In this document: one piece after another, positions 1-9,088 of the stretch
Position numbering within the stretch: the stretch's first letter is position 1
Layout of the letters: every line of letters begins with the position of its first letter
Source of the DNA: a bacterium
GTDB taxonomy: Bacteria > SAR324 > NAC60-12
Direction of reading: 5' to 3'
DNA length: 10,528 bases
Assembly (NCBI GenBank): GCA_965233585.1
Contig: CBDDTI010000020.1
Coordinates: 1 to 10,528 of the forward strand
Translations under genes and position numbers: made by a program
Notes under the pieces: model-generated
What the model was told of the DNA's origin: nothing
The model's input: the letters and a program-made list of their open reading frames with translations, nothing else
Databases searched by the model: none

Positions 1-412
1 TTTGGCCCATTTTTCAGCGTCCGAAGCCAGTTTTGAGGACCATTTTAACGGAGGTGCACCGTGCTGGGCCCGGTACTTATTGTGGGCGTTTAAGCAGTCG
101 TTTTGAAACTGATCGGGCATGGCTGTAAAGATTAAACAGAACAAGATTAGTTCAGTTGTCACAGAATTGTTTCAGATTATATAACACGTGTGATGGTCTA
201 ATGCGAAGACAATGAGAAGAAGAATCATAAAGTCATAAATGTCAACAGAGTTGAAAACACCTTCCATAGAATGATTGTCTCCTGTTACAAACGAGTGTAA
301 CCGTACTTTTCGAGTGGCACTGACAAACAATACAAAAACAGCGTTAATTGTAACAAAAGCGCGCAATCGAATTGTTGATCGCACTTAATTTTGCATTTCG
401 ATCATATGTTCC

Positions 413-562
413 AATAGACCACACTCGTATTCTCGGTGTTGGACTGGAACTGGCATGCAATGGAGGCTCATATAATTTCATTTACTTTTGAAAGACTCCC
501 CGCATCAGCCTCAATTCCAAGCTAGTCCCAGTCCAATACCGGGAATACAAGTATGACCTGTT
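413..562. mobile_element. 150-bp foldback MITE (non-autonomous DNA transposon) with 58-bp terminal inverted repeats
   Basis: Left arm 413-470 (AATAGACCACACTCGTATTCTCGGTGTTGGACTGG...) aligns without gaps to the reverse complement of 505-562, at 45/58 identity by hand count, around a 34-bp spacer. There is no coding capacity. The TSD is unclear, so no superfamily is assigned. Confidence 0.85.
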
Positions 563-910
563 TACTAGAAAAGATCTTGCGAGATCACGAACCAGGGTTA
601 TCATTTATCGACGCTCTTTCAAAATATGCGAAAAACGTTACCCAGTCTACTGGATAATTGCTAACAAAACTATTGGTTCAAAAGCACTCATCGATGCTTC
701 TGTTTCCGGCCGCGCTCGTTTGTTTCTCTTGTAAATGGCGCAGTATTGCAGCTCTGTTTCCACATGATCCACGAAGCCGTAACACTTCATTGACACTTTG
801 AAACATTGAGTGATAACACGATCAGCGTGCACCTTATCAAGAAACTCGCTTCATTTGCGGAGTATTTCCAAATCATATTCAAATTCAAGATTCAAAGAGC
901 GCGTGTGCAT

Positions 911-961
911 TCACCACCATCCCCCCCCCCCCCCCTTCACGCCCCTCTCCCATCACCACCC
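911..961 (-). repeat. C15 homopolymer (921-935) within a C-rich tract; potential G-quadruplex on the minus strand
   Basis: The minus strand reads GGGTGGTGATGGGAGAGGGGCGTGAA-G15, giving at least four runs of 3 or more G with short loops. Confidence 0.7.
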
Positions 962-2232
962 TGGAGGTAAGCAGCCCTCCGACATAAGGGCTTCTTAGCT
1001 TATAGCAATAAACGAAAAGTATTTTCTCACAATAAGCCTCCTATTATCACCGCCAGACCTTATCTTCATATGATATCCTTGCAGCATGTTCAGGGATTTC
1101 CGTTGTTGTTCGACGAATGTTGAGTTTAGTCTAGCCGGAGTAGTATGACAGCAGCTGTTTGTTTTGTTTCATTAATTTATCTACTTATTTATTTATCTTT
1201 TTTTTTTCTTAGAGCTAAAATCTTAAATCTATATATGCTCAATTTTGAAACACTGACCGCATTAGGCCATCAGAAAAATGAGCCCGTCTTGAATTACGGC
1301 CCAACGGAAATGCATTGGAACTATCTTTCAAAAATTACTACTGTTCAAATCCGTGTTTCGCGATACTCAGTCACTGCATTGAACTTCAGACCTTAAAAAG
1401 AATCTCACAAAAAACATCTTTGCCGTAAATAAATCGTTCTGTCTGGAAAACAATCAATATACTCAATAGTTCTAACCCAAGCTTCCATAAGTGTACAGAA
1501 ACCGTATCGAACAATTGGACATGATCATAAGAACGCACGGAAATGGTAAACTACTTCTCTTACGACCCCAGATTAGTAGTTACGGAAGTGGGGACCATCT
1601 CATGAGCCTCACGTGGCAGGTTTGTCTCGTAAACAGGGCAAATTAGTGGTGCAACATATATTCTTTCCAAATAAGCCATTGATCATCTTGGCCATTTACA
1701 GCGGCTGGCCTTACTATTCTATTCACAAACATCACTTCAATTTTTGTTCCAAGATTGTTGTCTAATTGGTGGTTTATTTATCTATATTCAAAGCAAATAA
1801 ATAGACTGAGAAACTAAGCAATGAGCCAAGAATCGGTCGATTATTGTACTTTCCAGAAATAAGAAATACCAAATAACAGCCAATTTGGATGAGACTTCTG
1901 AGATCTTATAACTATGGCTGTGAGGTTATGAACCTCCGCCGAGATCTGGCGATATTCCAGGATTGAAAATCTTCGTGGAAAATTGATCAAAAGTGATACG
2001 GATTGTTCGACTTCTTCTTGGGGAAATCGCTCTGCGATTTGACGCGCAAACCGCTCAGGACATTTTACGGCGGTAAGTTGTTCGTGTTTCGCTTTGGAAT
2101 TCCTTTGGTTATGCGTGTCGGAGCGGAAGGCAAGATAAAGTACAATACCGCTGGATAATCCTTGATCATAATGGAATCTTGTCTAAGAAAATTGAGTACT
2201 ACATCACGACTACATGTACTTTCATTTCTTAC

Positions 2233-2379
2233 CTTGTTTGAATTTGGAGTTAGATGTGTTTCCCTGCTCTGGTTGACTTTTCTGATGCTGTGTTCAAGCC
2301 GTTTTGGAACGATACCCAATCTATTTGTCTATTTCAGGGCGTCTCGCCTCCTAATAAATAATACTCAAACAGTTTTAGC
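2233..2379 (-). other. Putative non-coding (5' UTR or lncRNA) exon
   Basis: Minus-strand acceptor TTCCCTTTCCGGTTTTGCCTTTAACAG|G (AG at 2381-2380) and donor CAAG|GTAAGA (GT at 2232-2231). The 147 nt contain no ATG and have stops in all three frames. Confidence 0.45.
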
Positions 2380-2394
2380 CTGTTAAAGGCAAAA

Positions 2395-2824
2395 CCGGAA
2401 AGGGAACTTTTGAGCTCAACAGGTCACGCCGTCACGTTTGTCACGCGATTGTCAATCCAGAGGCCAGATGATTGTCGATTCTTCGCCTCTTCAATCAAAC
2501 ATTAGACAAGTAGACGACATAGTGAACAGCTCATAGTGGTTTTTTAATTTGTAAACATAAAAAAAATGCCAGCATTCGCCGAAGAAAGAACTACCCCGGA
2601 AGTGCGCAAAAAGCGAAAAATATACGTCACGAGTGACACATTTTCAGTTTCTTATTTCTGCGCGTGACAGACCAGAGAGTGAGATTATTGACATTGTTAT
2701 ATGTCGCAAAAAGAATATTTTCATTGGACATTATTAAACTAAAGAAGTAAAACCGTAAGCTAATTTTAGAAATTTCGACATCCAAATCAACTCTGCAGGA
2801 TCCCGTGACATTCGTGTCATGGGA
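2395..2824. promoter_or_regulatory. CpG-enriched promoter/enhancer-like motif cluster
   Basis: ETS-type CCGGAAGTG at 2596-2604 and CCGGAA at 2395-2400. Six GTCACG/CGTGAC hexamers (2423, 2431, 2440, 2626, 2663, 2804). CRE half-site ACGTCA at 2624-2629. The cluster lies directly upstream of the minus-strand exon candidate. Confidence 0.5.
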
Positions 2825-4045
2825 GCACTTGATCTGCCATTCGTTTTCGTTTGTGTATTTAGATATTATTAGACAGTACATATAAATAAAACACCTCAAA
2901 ATGGAATAATGGTTTTAGGTTTCAGTGGAGCAACCTTCATAATGACATCTTTCCTTAGGTTATTTGTCACATCTAGTTTTCAAAGCGAGTTAAAAAAAAG
3001 TAGTGTGTACTTCATGGCGCTCTCGAAGGAGAGTTTTGACTGATTTATCTTATGTGTGATTCTATTAAAAACTAGCGACTTTAAAATATAGTTTTCGAAA
3101 GGGACAAAAATTGCATTAAGACAAAGTACATAAAAACTTAAGAAACGGCAAATGGGCGCATTCTTGAACCTCGATGAACGCGAGTGGGCATCATCTTACA
3201 TGGGATGAAAAATCGTTGTGGTGACTTGTTTTTGCTCCACCGAACAAACAATCTCCGCGTCAATTTGACGGCACAGGGTCAAAGTTTTTGACCTTTAGAT
3301 CGATGCTGTTCGAACATTTAATTCATTCATTCTTCAAACTTCATTCTAATAAAGTTCCTTTATTGTCAAGTTTAAGGCACTTCTAACAGATGATTAAATT
3401 TCTTTTGTGCGAAGATTATTCTTAATATTAACCTCCCATTCCACGCCCCAGTGAGCTGCTCATTGAGAAGATAGAGACTGATATATCCGGTAAATTCGAT
3501 AATTCTACATATTTTTACATTATTCGGCATTTGGTATTTTGTGACAAAACGCGCTATGAAATTCTTGTCCTAAACTGATATAGTGCTGCTATACTGTTTA
3601 TGATATACATGTATGTAACATTCTCATTATCCGTCGTCGGTCTACTGCAATAATGAAATTTTGCCATTTTGTCATGGTAATTCTTATATGCGACCTAGCC
3701 GTATCGCTTACCTATTTTCAGGACATTGAGTTCTAAGAATATTACATGATTGGAAAGCAGTAATATTTCATAACAAGCAGTGCACAATTGCGCTTTTATC
3801 GTTAAACAAATTAAAGAATTGCGAAACGTTTCATAAAATAAATTGTTTGTAACAGACCGTGACCAAGTTATTTCGTGTAAGAGCGCTGATTAGAATGTAC
3901 ATTTACTGCGATTAATAAATAAATGAAGCAGTTTATAATAGTAAATATCTTTTCAATCTCAGAGGTCCCGAAATTTCCTGCCGAGAGCTGAAGATTCCGT
4001 GAAATTAACAAAATACAACGTGCTAAAATAATGTAAACAACTCAC

Positions 4046-4144
4046 CTCAAAACGGAAAGTTCCAACCGTTACGAGACTTCGTCTTTTTAGCACAGAAACC
4101 GTTCCTGCCTCGCAGACTGGATTTAAATTTTGCTCCAATGCACT
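4046..4144 (-). other. Putative non-coding first exon (5' boundary approximate)
   Basis: Consensus donor GAG|GTGAGT on the minus strand (GT at 4045-4044). Inr-like TCAGTG with A at 4144. The segment is locally CpG-rich and has no ATG. Confidence 0.4.
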
Positions 4145-5233
4145 GAGGTCTTATTTTTAGTGAATCTGCTAACAAACCGAGTCACGAGGGTTTTCAGTGG
4201 GCTCACAAAAGGATTAAGACTTGGCAGCTAATAATGAATTATAGTTGACGCAGAGTACACACAGAAAATAAAGGATCGCAAGTTGATTGGTGGATACAAT
4301 ACAAACTTGTCAAAATCAATTGAAATTTATTCACACGAAAGAACAATATGCCATGACGAAAGAAAAACAAACTCGGGTGATTTGGTATTTCCAGTTGATA
4401 CAGATGTTTTCAGCTATTATTCTATGCCTTTGACATTTACACGAAAAAACGCTACGTTTGTTTTCGTATAAATTACATTGGAATTACTCTATCTCAACTT
4501 ATCGATAAAAGAATAAATCTGGACTGGATCCTGGACCACTGGATAGTCAGACTAGTATCATATTGAATTCGAAGTACATGTACCCGCGAGACTCAATCTA
4601 TTGAATCATTTTCCAGGTCGGAAGCATTCGAGTTGTAAATTGAATAAACATAAAACTAACGACATTTCTACTCTACCAGTCTTCTTTTTTTCGCCATGCA
4701 ATAACATCTGATGATTTTGGTAGACAAACTGAGGGATTTTGCCCTTTTTATAATACTTTTCTCAGATGTGTTCAGCATAATTAGCCTATTCATTGACTCA
4801 ATAAAAAAAGAATAATTGAGGCCTGCAGACAATAATTTCGATTTCTGTCTAAAATTATGCGACGAACAGATGATTTAATTTTCCATTCATTTTATGTCGT
4901 CTGATTACGGTTCAATGGCCCTCTAAAATAACAGCACAAGCCTGCATTATGGGCTTCTGATCAAACGTCCTTGAACCACTATAAATTTTGAAGATTTTTT
5001 TTAGTATAAAGGAGACTTTGACTGAAACAAATCGAAGGTGAAATTAAGTTTTCAGTCCACGCTTTTGAGGTCCATTATATTCCTCAGTATTCCAAGATTT
5101 ATAATAATTCGCGGTCGACTTATTGTTGACACCAGGTTGTTTGTGCAAAGAAAACGTAAGCAAAATTCCACTTTCAGGTTTAGAGGATGTCCACGTACAG
5201 CGCTGTTCAACTCAGCTGGTGAATTGAAGCATA

Positions 5234-5511
5234 CAGCTGTTTCGACAAAGGTTGTCCCACAAAAGCATTAAAGCGTACGCGACAATGCCGATTGGTATTA
5301 TGGGTAGAAAGATTTTGGCGTTGATTGATTGAGGTTCACGGTGTTTACCAACAAGAAAAGAGAAGGCATAAATAGATTTGTTTGTGATGTTTCCCTTTAT
5401 GTCACTAAAACACCAAAAGCCTCAATCAAATAACGTAAATCCCCATTATCCATAATACCTTTCGGCATTGTCGCGTACGGTTTTGTTGGACAACCTTTCT
5501 CGAAACAGCTG
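5234..5511. mobile_element. 278-bp foldback MITE with TA target-site duplication, Tc1/mariner-like
   Basis: TA|CAGCTGTTTCGACAAAGGTTGTCC ... GGACAACCTTTCTCGAAACAGCTG|TA, with TA at 5232-5233 and 5512-5513. The arms stay alignable for more than 100 bp (e.g. CGTACGCGACAATGCCGA / TCGGCATTGTCGCGTACG). A TA TSD with CAG..CTG termini is typical of Tc1/mariner derivatives. Confidence 0.9.
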
Positions 5512-6990
5512 TATATAGGTACAGTGAAACCCCCCTCCAACAACGTGAAGATTTAACTGAGACGAAATCCGATAGAAGATGGAGCAATTTCAGGTTTTAG
5601 TGGACAAAAATCTGTACCAGAGTAGTTTTAAATATTTTGCAGTCATTTTTACATTTTGTTAAAGCTAAATACATAAATAATTGCCTGAAATAACACCGAA
5701 AAATAATTTCCCACGGGAACGAGAGAAAACAAATTTCAAAGTTCAGTGATTTTGTGGAAATACAGGCAAAACTTCATCATCAGTTTCATTTCACCAAAAC
5801 TTTTAAGTGTTTCATACGAAGTTCAACATTCGTTTTCGACGTTTGGTGTTGCTAGAAATGAATTGTTTTGAGAAGATAATTGAAAGAGCCCTACAGAAGT
5901 TTGCAATACAATGTAAATAATCTTCGTACTAGATTTTTGTCCCATTGTTGCTCCAACGTCTGGCGGATTCCGTCTTAAGTCTTGTGTTTATGAAATACTT
6001 GAAAATAATTCATAAGCCTACGGCTGGGTGGCAAGCAGGTACCTGCTGAGCTTTAGGTTTCGTAACAAATGGCTGAATGTTTATGTGCTGGTGGTTGTGG
6101 GGGTTGGGTTTACGAGGGAAAAATAGAATTCAGCGAGAGCTATATTTCAAAAGAATGAACCGGTATCTAAAAAATGTTTCGGAGGTATGCTTTTAGTCGT
6201 TTTGGATTTTACCAACTCCGATAACACTGAGTAAACAGGCAAGTTTTGAATTCTTGTAAATTGCACACTGTAGAATCGAGACAAACATTTTGGGCTGTTC
6301 TTGTTGTCAATGGTTTTTTGCCTTATGGAAATCTTCCCACAATTCATACGTGCTTTGAAAGCGTTAATGACATCAAAACGGCCGGGGTAGATTTGAGTGG
6401 CCAGTCCCTTTAATGCATGTCACTGAGTCTGTTAAAACATTTTTTTAAAAATTTCATTGTAAGCATGACAAAATCATGTCCAGGATCAATGGTGTTAATT
6501 GTCGAATGATTATCGCGAACTGAAAAGTCGTTTAGTTCACGACTTTTCCATATATGAGAATGTCCTTTTTACTTTTAAACAAATGTATAAAATAGTTTAT
6601 TCATACGTTTCGGCCTCCTGCAAACGCCTAATTAATAACTTGAGTAAAAGAATTGAAACCTGCTATGAATGTTTTCAATAAAACTTAGCTACCTTTTTTT
6701 ATAGAACGAATTGAAAGTGAGACTTTTGAAAACTTCAATTTGTTCTCAATTTGCGTGCCTGGATGAAAGCGTGAACACTGGATAGCATATGCTGTAAATT
6801 TTACAATTACTGAATTACTGGCAACCTCCAGTTGTAAAAGGTGGAGTTATACTATAGCCGCTCACAGCGTTTTAAAATCTGTTACAGAGCGTTCAAGGAC
6901 TATCATTCACAAAAGGAAAAGAAGAGTTGTGACTGAAAATTTAATTTTAAAACAAGCCTTTCTCATGATCAGGGTACGGACGCTCTAAAA

Positions 6991-7020
6991 TTATTCTAAA
7001 TTATTCTAAATTATTCTAAA
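6991..7020. repeat. Tandem repeat (TTATTCTAAA)x3
   Basis: Three perfect 10-bp copies, preceded by a partial copy (TCTAAA). Confidence 0.95.
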
Positions 7021-7042
7021 AAAAACATCAAAACCCGTTCCA

Positions 7043-7096
7043 AACTTGAACTTGAACTTGAACTTTTTTTTAATTTAAACACGGTAAATCTATCAG
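7043..7096 (-). mobile_element. (AACTTG)x3.8 tandem repeat plus T-tract; possible extreme 3' stub of a non-LTR retrotransposon
   Basis: The tandem hexamer at 7043-7065 is seen directly. The minus strand reads CTGATAGATTTACCGTGTTTAAATTAAAAAAAA-(GTTCAA)n, the ATTAAA-plus-short-repeat tail layout of CR1/L2/RTE-type 3' ends. The LINE assignment is inference. Confidence 0.35.
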
Positions 7097-7524
7097 ATAA
7101 AATAATAATAAAAATAATCCACAGTTTAGCAAGACGAATTCCTACAAAGTATTTAATAACTGAGATGCAGAACTTCGGAATTCAACCTAAAAAACATTTA
7201 CGAACTGTGACCCAAGAAGAGCGGGAACACACCATGCACTCAGCCGCGTGCTTCGTAATCACCTTGCAGCCTAGGAATAAACAGACTTTGCAAAAGTGCA
7301 TTTAATGCTTACATCAAACTTTCTTTACACTTGCTAAACTGTGAATTAGGGTTTTGATGGTTTTTGTACACAACTTACGGCAGGAAAATCGAATTCACTT
7401 CATGTAGATTCACACTTAGAAAAACTCATAAACTGTATTCCTTCGTTAAGGTGCTGTAATATTGAAAACTATCATTTTTTTCGAGTTTCGTTGATCAATT
7501 AAAAAAAAGTGTAGAAAAAGAGAT

Positions 7525-7566
7525 GTTTCGGCGTTTCGTTTCGCTGTTTCGTGATTTAGTAATGTC
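7525..7566. repeat. Cluster of four GTTTCG motifs; possible subterminal repeats of a decayed MITE end
   Basis: GTTTCG occurs at 7525, 7533, 7538 and 7546, followed by ATTTAGTAATGTC. No matching opposite end was found in the window. Confidence 0.35.
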
Positions 7567-7583
7567 TGCATTTCGTTAGGCTT

Positions 7584-7717
7584 CATTTATACACCTGGGT
7601 GGAGAGAGGCACCGTGAGAGTAAAATGTCTTGTTCAAGAACACAGCACAATGTCCCCGGTCAGGGCTCGAACATCCGGAGTCGAGCACGCTAATCATGAG
7701 GCCACCGCGCCTCCCAC
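7584..7717 (-). mobile_element. tRNA-derived SINE, 3'-truncated, with a CORE/Meta-like central segment
   Basis: Minus strand: GTGGGAGGCGCGG, A box TGGCCTCATGATTAG (7704-7690), B box GTTCGAGCC (7672-7664), then TGTGTTCTTGAACAAGACATTTTACTCTCACGGTGCCTCTCTCCACCCAGGTGTATAAATG. This resembles the conserved central domain of old metazoan SINEs. It is not a foldable tRNA. Confidence 0.85.
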
Positions 7718-7718
7718 C

Positions 7719-7892
7719 AACGAAGGGCCAAGGGACTAGTAAAATATGTTTGCTGTAACGAGGTTTCGTATTATCGGTTTTGTTTTTCCCAACATATTTT
7801 ATTAGATTATCATTATAACTAGAGCGATGAATGCTTTTGTTATACTGTGGAATAAGTTATAAACGGGCTTTGCTAATTCGAGGCTTCATTTT
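7719..7892. mobile_element. Decayed pogo/Tigger-like MITE remnant lacking its left terminus
   Basis: AACGAAGGGCCAAGGGACT...TAACGAGGTTTCGTATTATCG...AATTCGAGGCTTCATT resembles, from memory, a CAGTGGAACCTCG..CGAGGTTCCACTG-type cnidarian MITE with repeated TAACGA/TCGTTA motifs. The termini are not intact, so this rests on recognition. Confidence 0.55.
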
Positions 7893-8214
7893 GTTTTTCA
7901 TCAGTGATTTTACACTTTTCTATTTATGTTAAAATACCACTCGATACAAACACTCAGTCATCCTCAAAGAACAAATGATTCTAAACCAATATCCTGAATA
8001 TTAACCTCATTAAGTTTGACTTTGTACAATTCAGTTACTTCGTTCAAGATCCATCTTAATCCATCTTAGATAGCGGTCTCTATTTAAGACTAGGATGACA
8101 CAAGGAATCAATCAGAACGCTCCTTTCCATAGTCGTTCAGTTCCTTGTACACTCTGTGTTTTTATAAGGATTTTTTTATAAGAACGTTGAGGTTGAGATT
8201 AACCAAAATTTTAA

Positions 8215-8764
8215 GGTGGCTCAAAATAGTTTCCAGGACTTTCCAAGACGTAGATTTTGATATATCAGAATTAACACTCTTTATCAATTGATGCTACAAC
8301 CATGGTATAAAAAAAAAATGCCCAATCACTGGTGAACAAGGTTGGTATTATTTTCAGGACACAATAGGTTAGTATAGCAACACTATGACCTGCTAAAAGC
8401 AAACTTACTTTGAGCTTTAAGCACTTATATTTTATAAACGGCACGGTGAAATTTTTTTCTTATTCTAGAATTTTGACAAGCAGGATAAGATGCAACTTTT
8501 GGCAAAGTTTAAAAAAATTTTGCACATGCAGTTCAGAGCCACCTTAAATTTTCGAAGGTGCTTAAGGCTAAAATTAAGGGTGTTTTCAGCAGGTCATAGT
8601 GTTGCTATGGTAACCTTTTTTGTGACGGAAATCATACCAACGAGTTCACCAGTGATTGAGCAGTTTTTTAATACCATGATTGTAGCATCAACTGATAAAG
8701 AGTGGTTATAATGACACATCAAAATCTAAGTCTTGGAATGTGCTGGAAACTGTTTTGAGCCACC
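8215..8764. mobile_element. 550-bp non-autonomous DNA transposon with ~210-bp TIRs and TTAA target site (Kolobok-like)
   Basis: TTAA|GGTGGCTCAAAATAGTTTCCAG ... CTGGAAACTGTTTTGAGCCACC|ATAA. Arms 8215-8426 and ~8556-8764 are reverse-complementary throughout (e.g. ATAGCAACACTATGACCTGCT / AGCAGGTCATAGTGTTGCTAT). A TTAA TSD with purine (GG) 5' termini fits Kolobok rather than piggyBac (CC termini). Confidence 0.88.
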
Positions 8765-9051
8765 ATAAGAATTCTTTAATAACATTCCTCAGGCTGAGAG
8801 TCGATTAAGAACGTTTTTATATACCTATCAATGGCACGCATAAAATAAAGGTAACAAAAATGTAAATTAACCCAAATACTTAAGGGCATGTTTTGTTTAA
8901 CATTAACAATGCATTTCTTATTGCATGACACTCATCCAGGAGCTCCTGAAACATCTAGGTTTGAAATAATCAGAAGTTCTTGTTTATATCTGTTTCAAAA
9001 TAACTTCCACATCATCAAAGTTATCAGGTAATATGAAGTACACCACTATGA

Positions 9052-9088
<37 letters not shown>

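Noticed and set aside
1..130. GC-richer segment (GGTGCACCGTGCTGGGCCCGGTAC) that looks like the end of a repeat
   Set aside because: It is cut by the window edge, with no partner terminus or TSD visible, so a call cannot be supported.
647..910. Minus-strand ATG-initiated frame MHTRSLNLEFEYDLEILRK*SEFLDKVHAD... with one in-frame TGA (853-851), considered as a selenoprotein
   Set aside because: There is no redox-type motif around the TGA, no recognisable SECIS downstream and no similarity to a selenoprotein family I know. It is compatible with chance.
810..998. ORF with a His/Pro-rich stretch
   Set aside because: The composition is an artefact of the poly-C tract, and the start is non-ATG.
2065..2386. 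Overlapping 84-aa and 74-aa ORFs on opposite strands
   Set aside because: Both have non-ATG starts and no domain similarity, and both run across strong splice signals.
5520..5546. TACAGTGAAACCCC resembling a Tc1/pogo MITE left end (similar TATAGTGAAATCTCG near 9305)
   Set aside because: The similarity is too short and there is no matching right end nearby.
6395..6413. CAGTCCCT|TTAA resembling a Kolobok-type right terminus
   Set aside because: No TTAA|AGGGACTG left end was found in the window, so element boundaries cannot be defined.
6991..7065. Short direct repeats considered as a CRISPR-like array
   Set aside because: They are contiguous 6-10 bp tandem units without spacers, in eukaryotic-type DNA with no cas genes.
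8490..8711. 73-aa ATG ORF
   Set aside because: It lies entirely within the spacer and right TIR of the non-autonomous transposon and has no transposase motifs.
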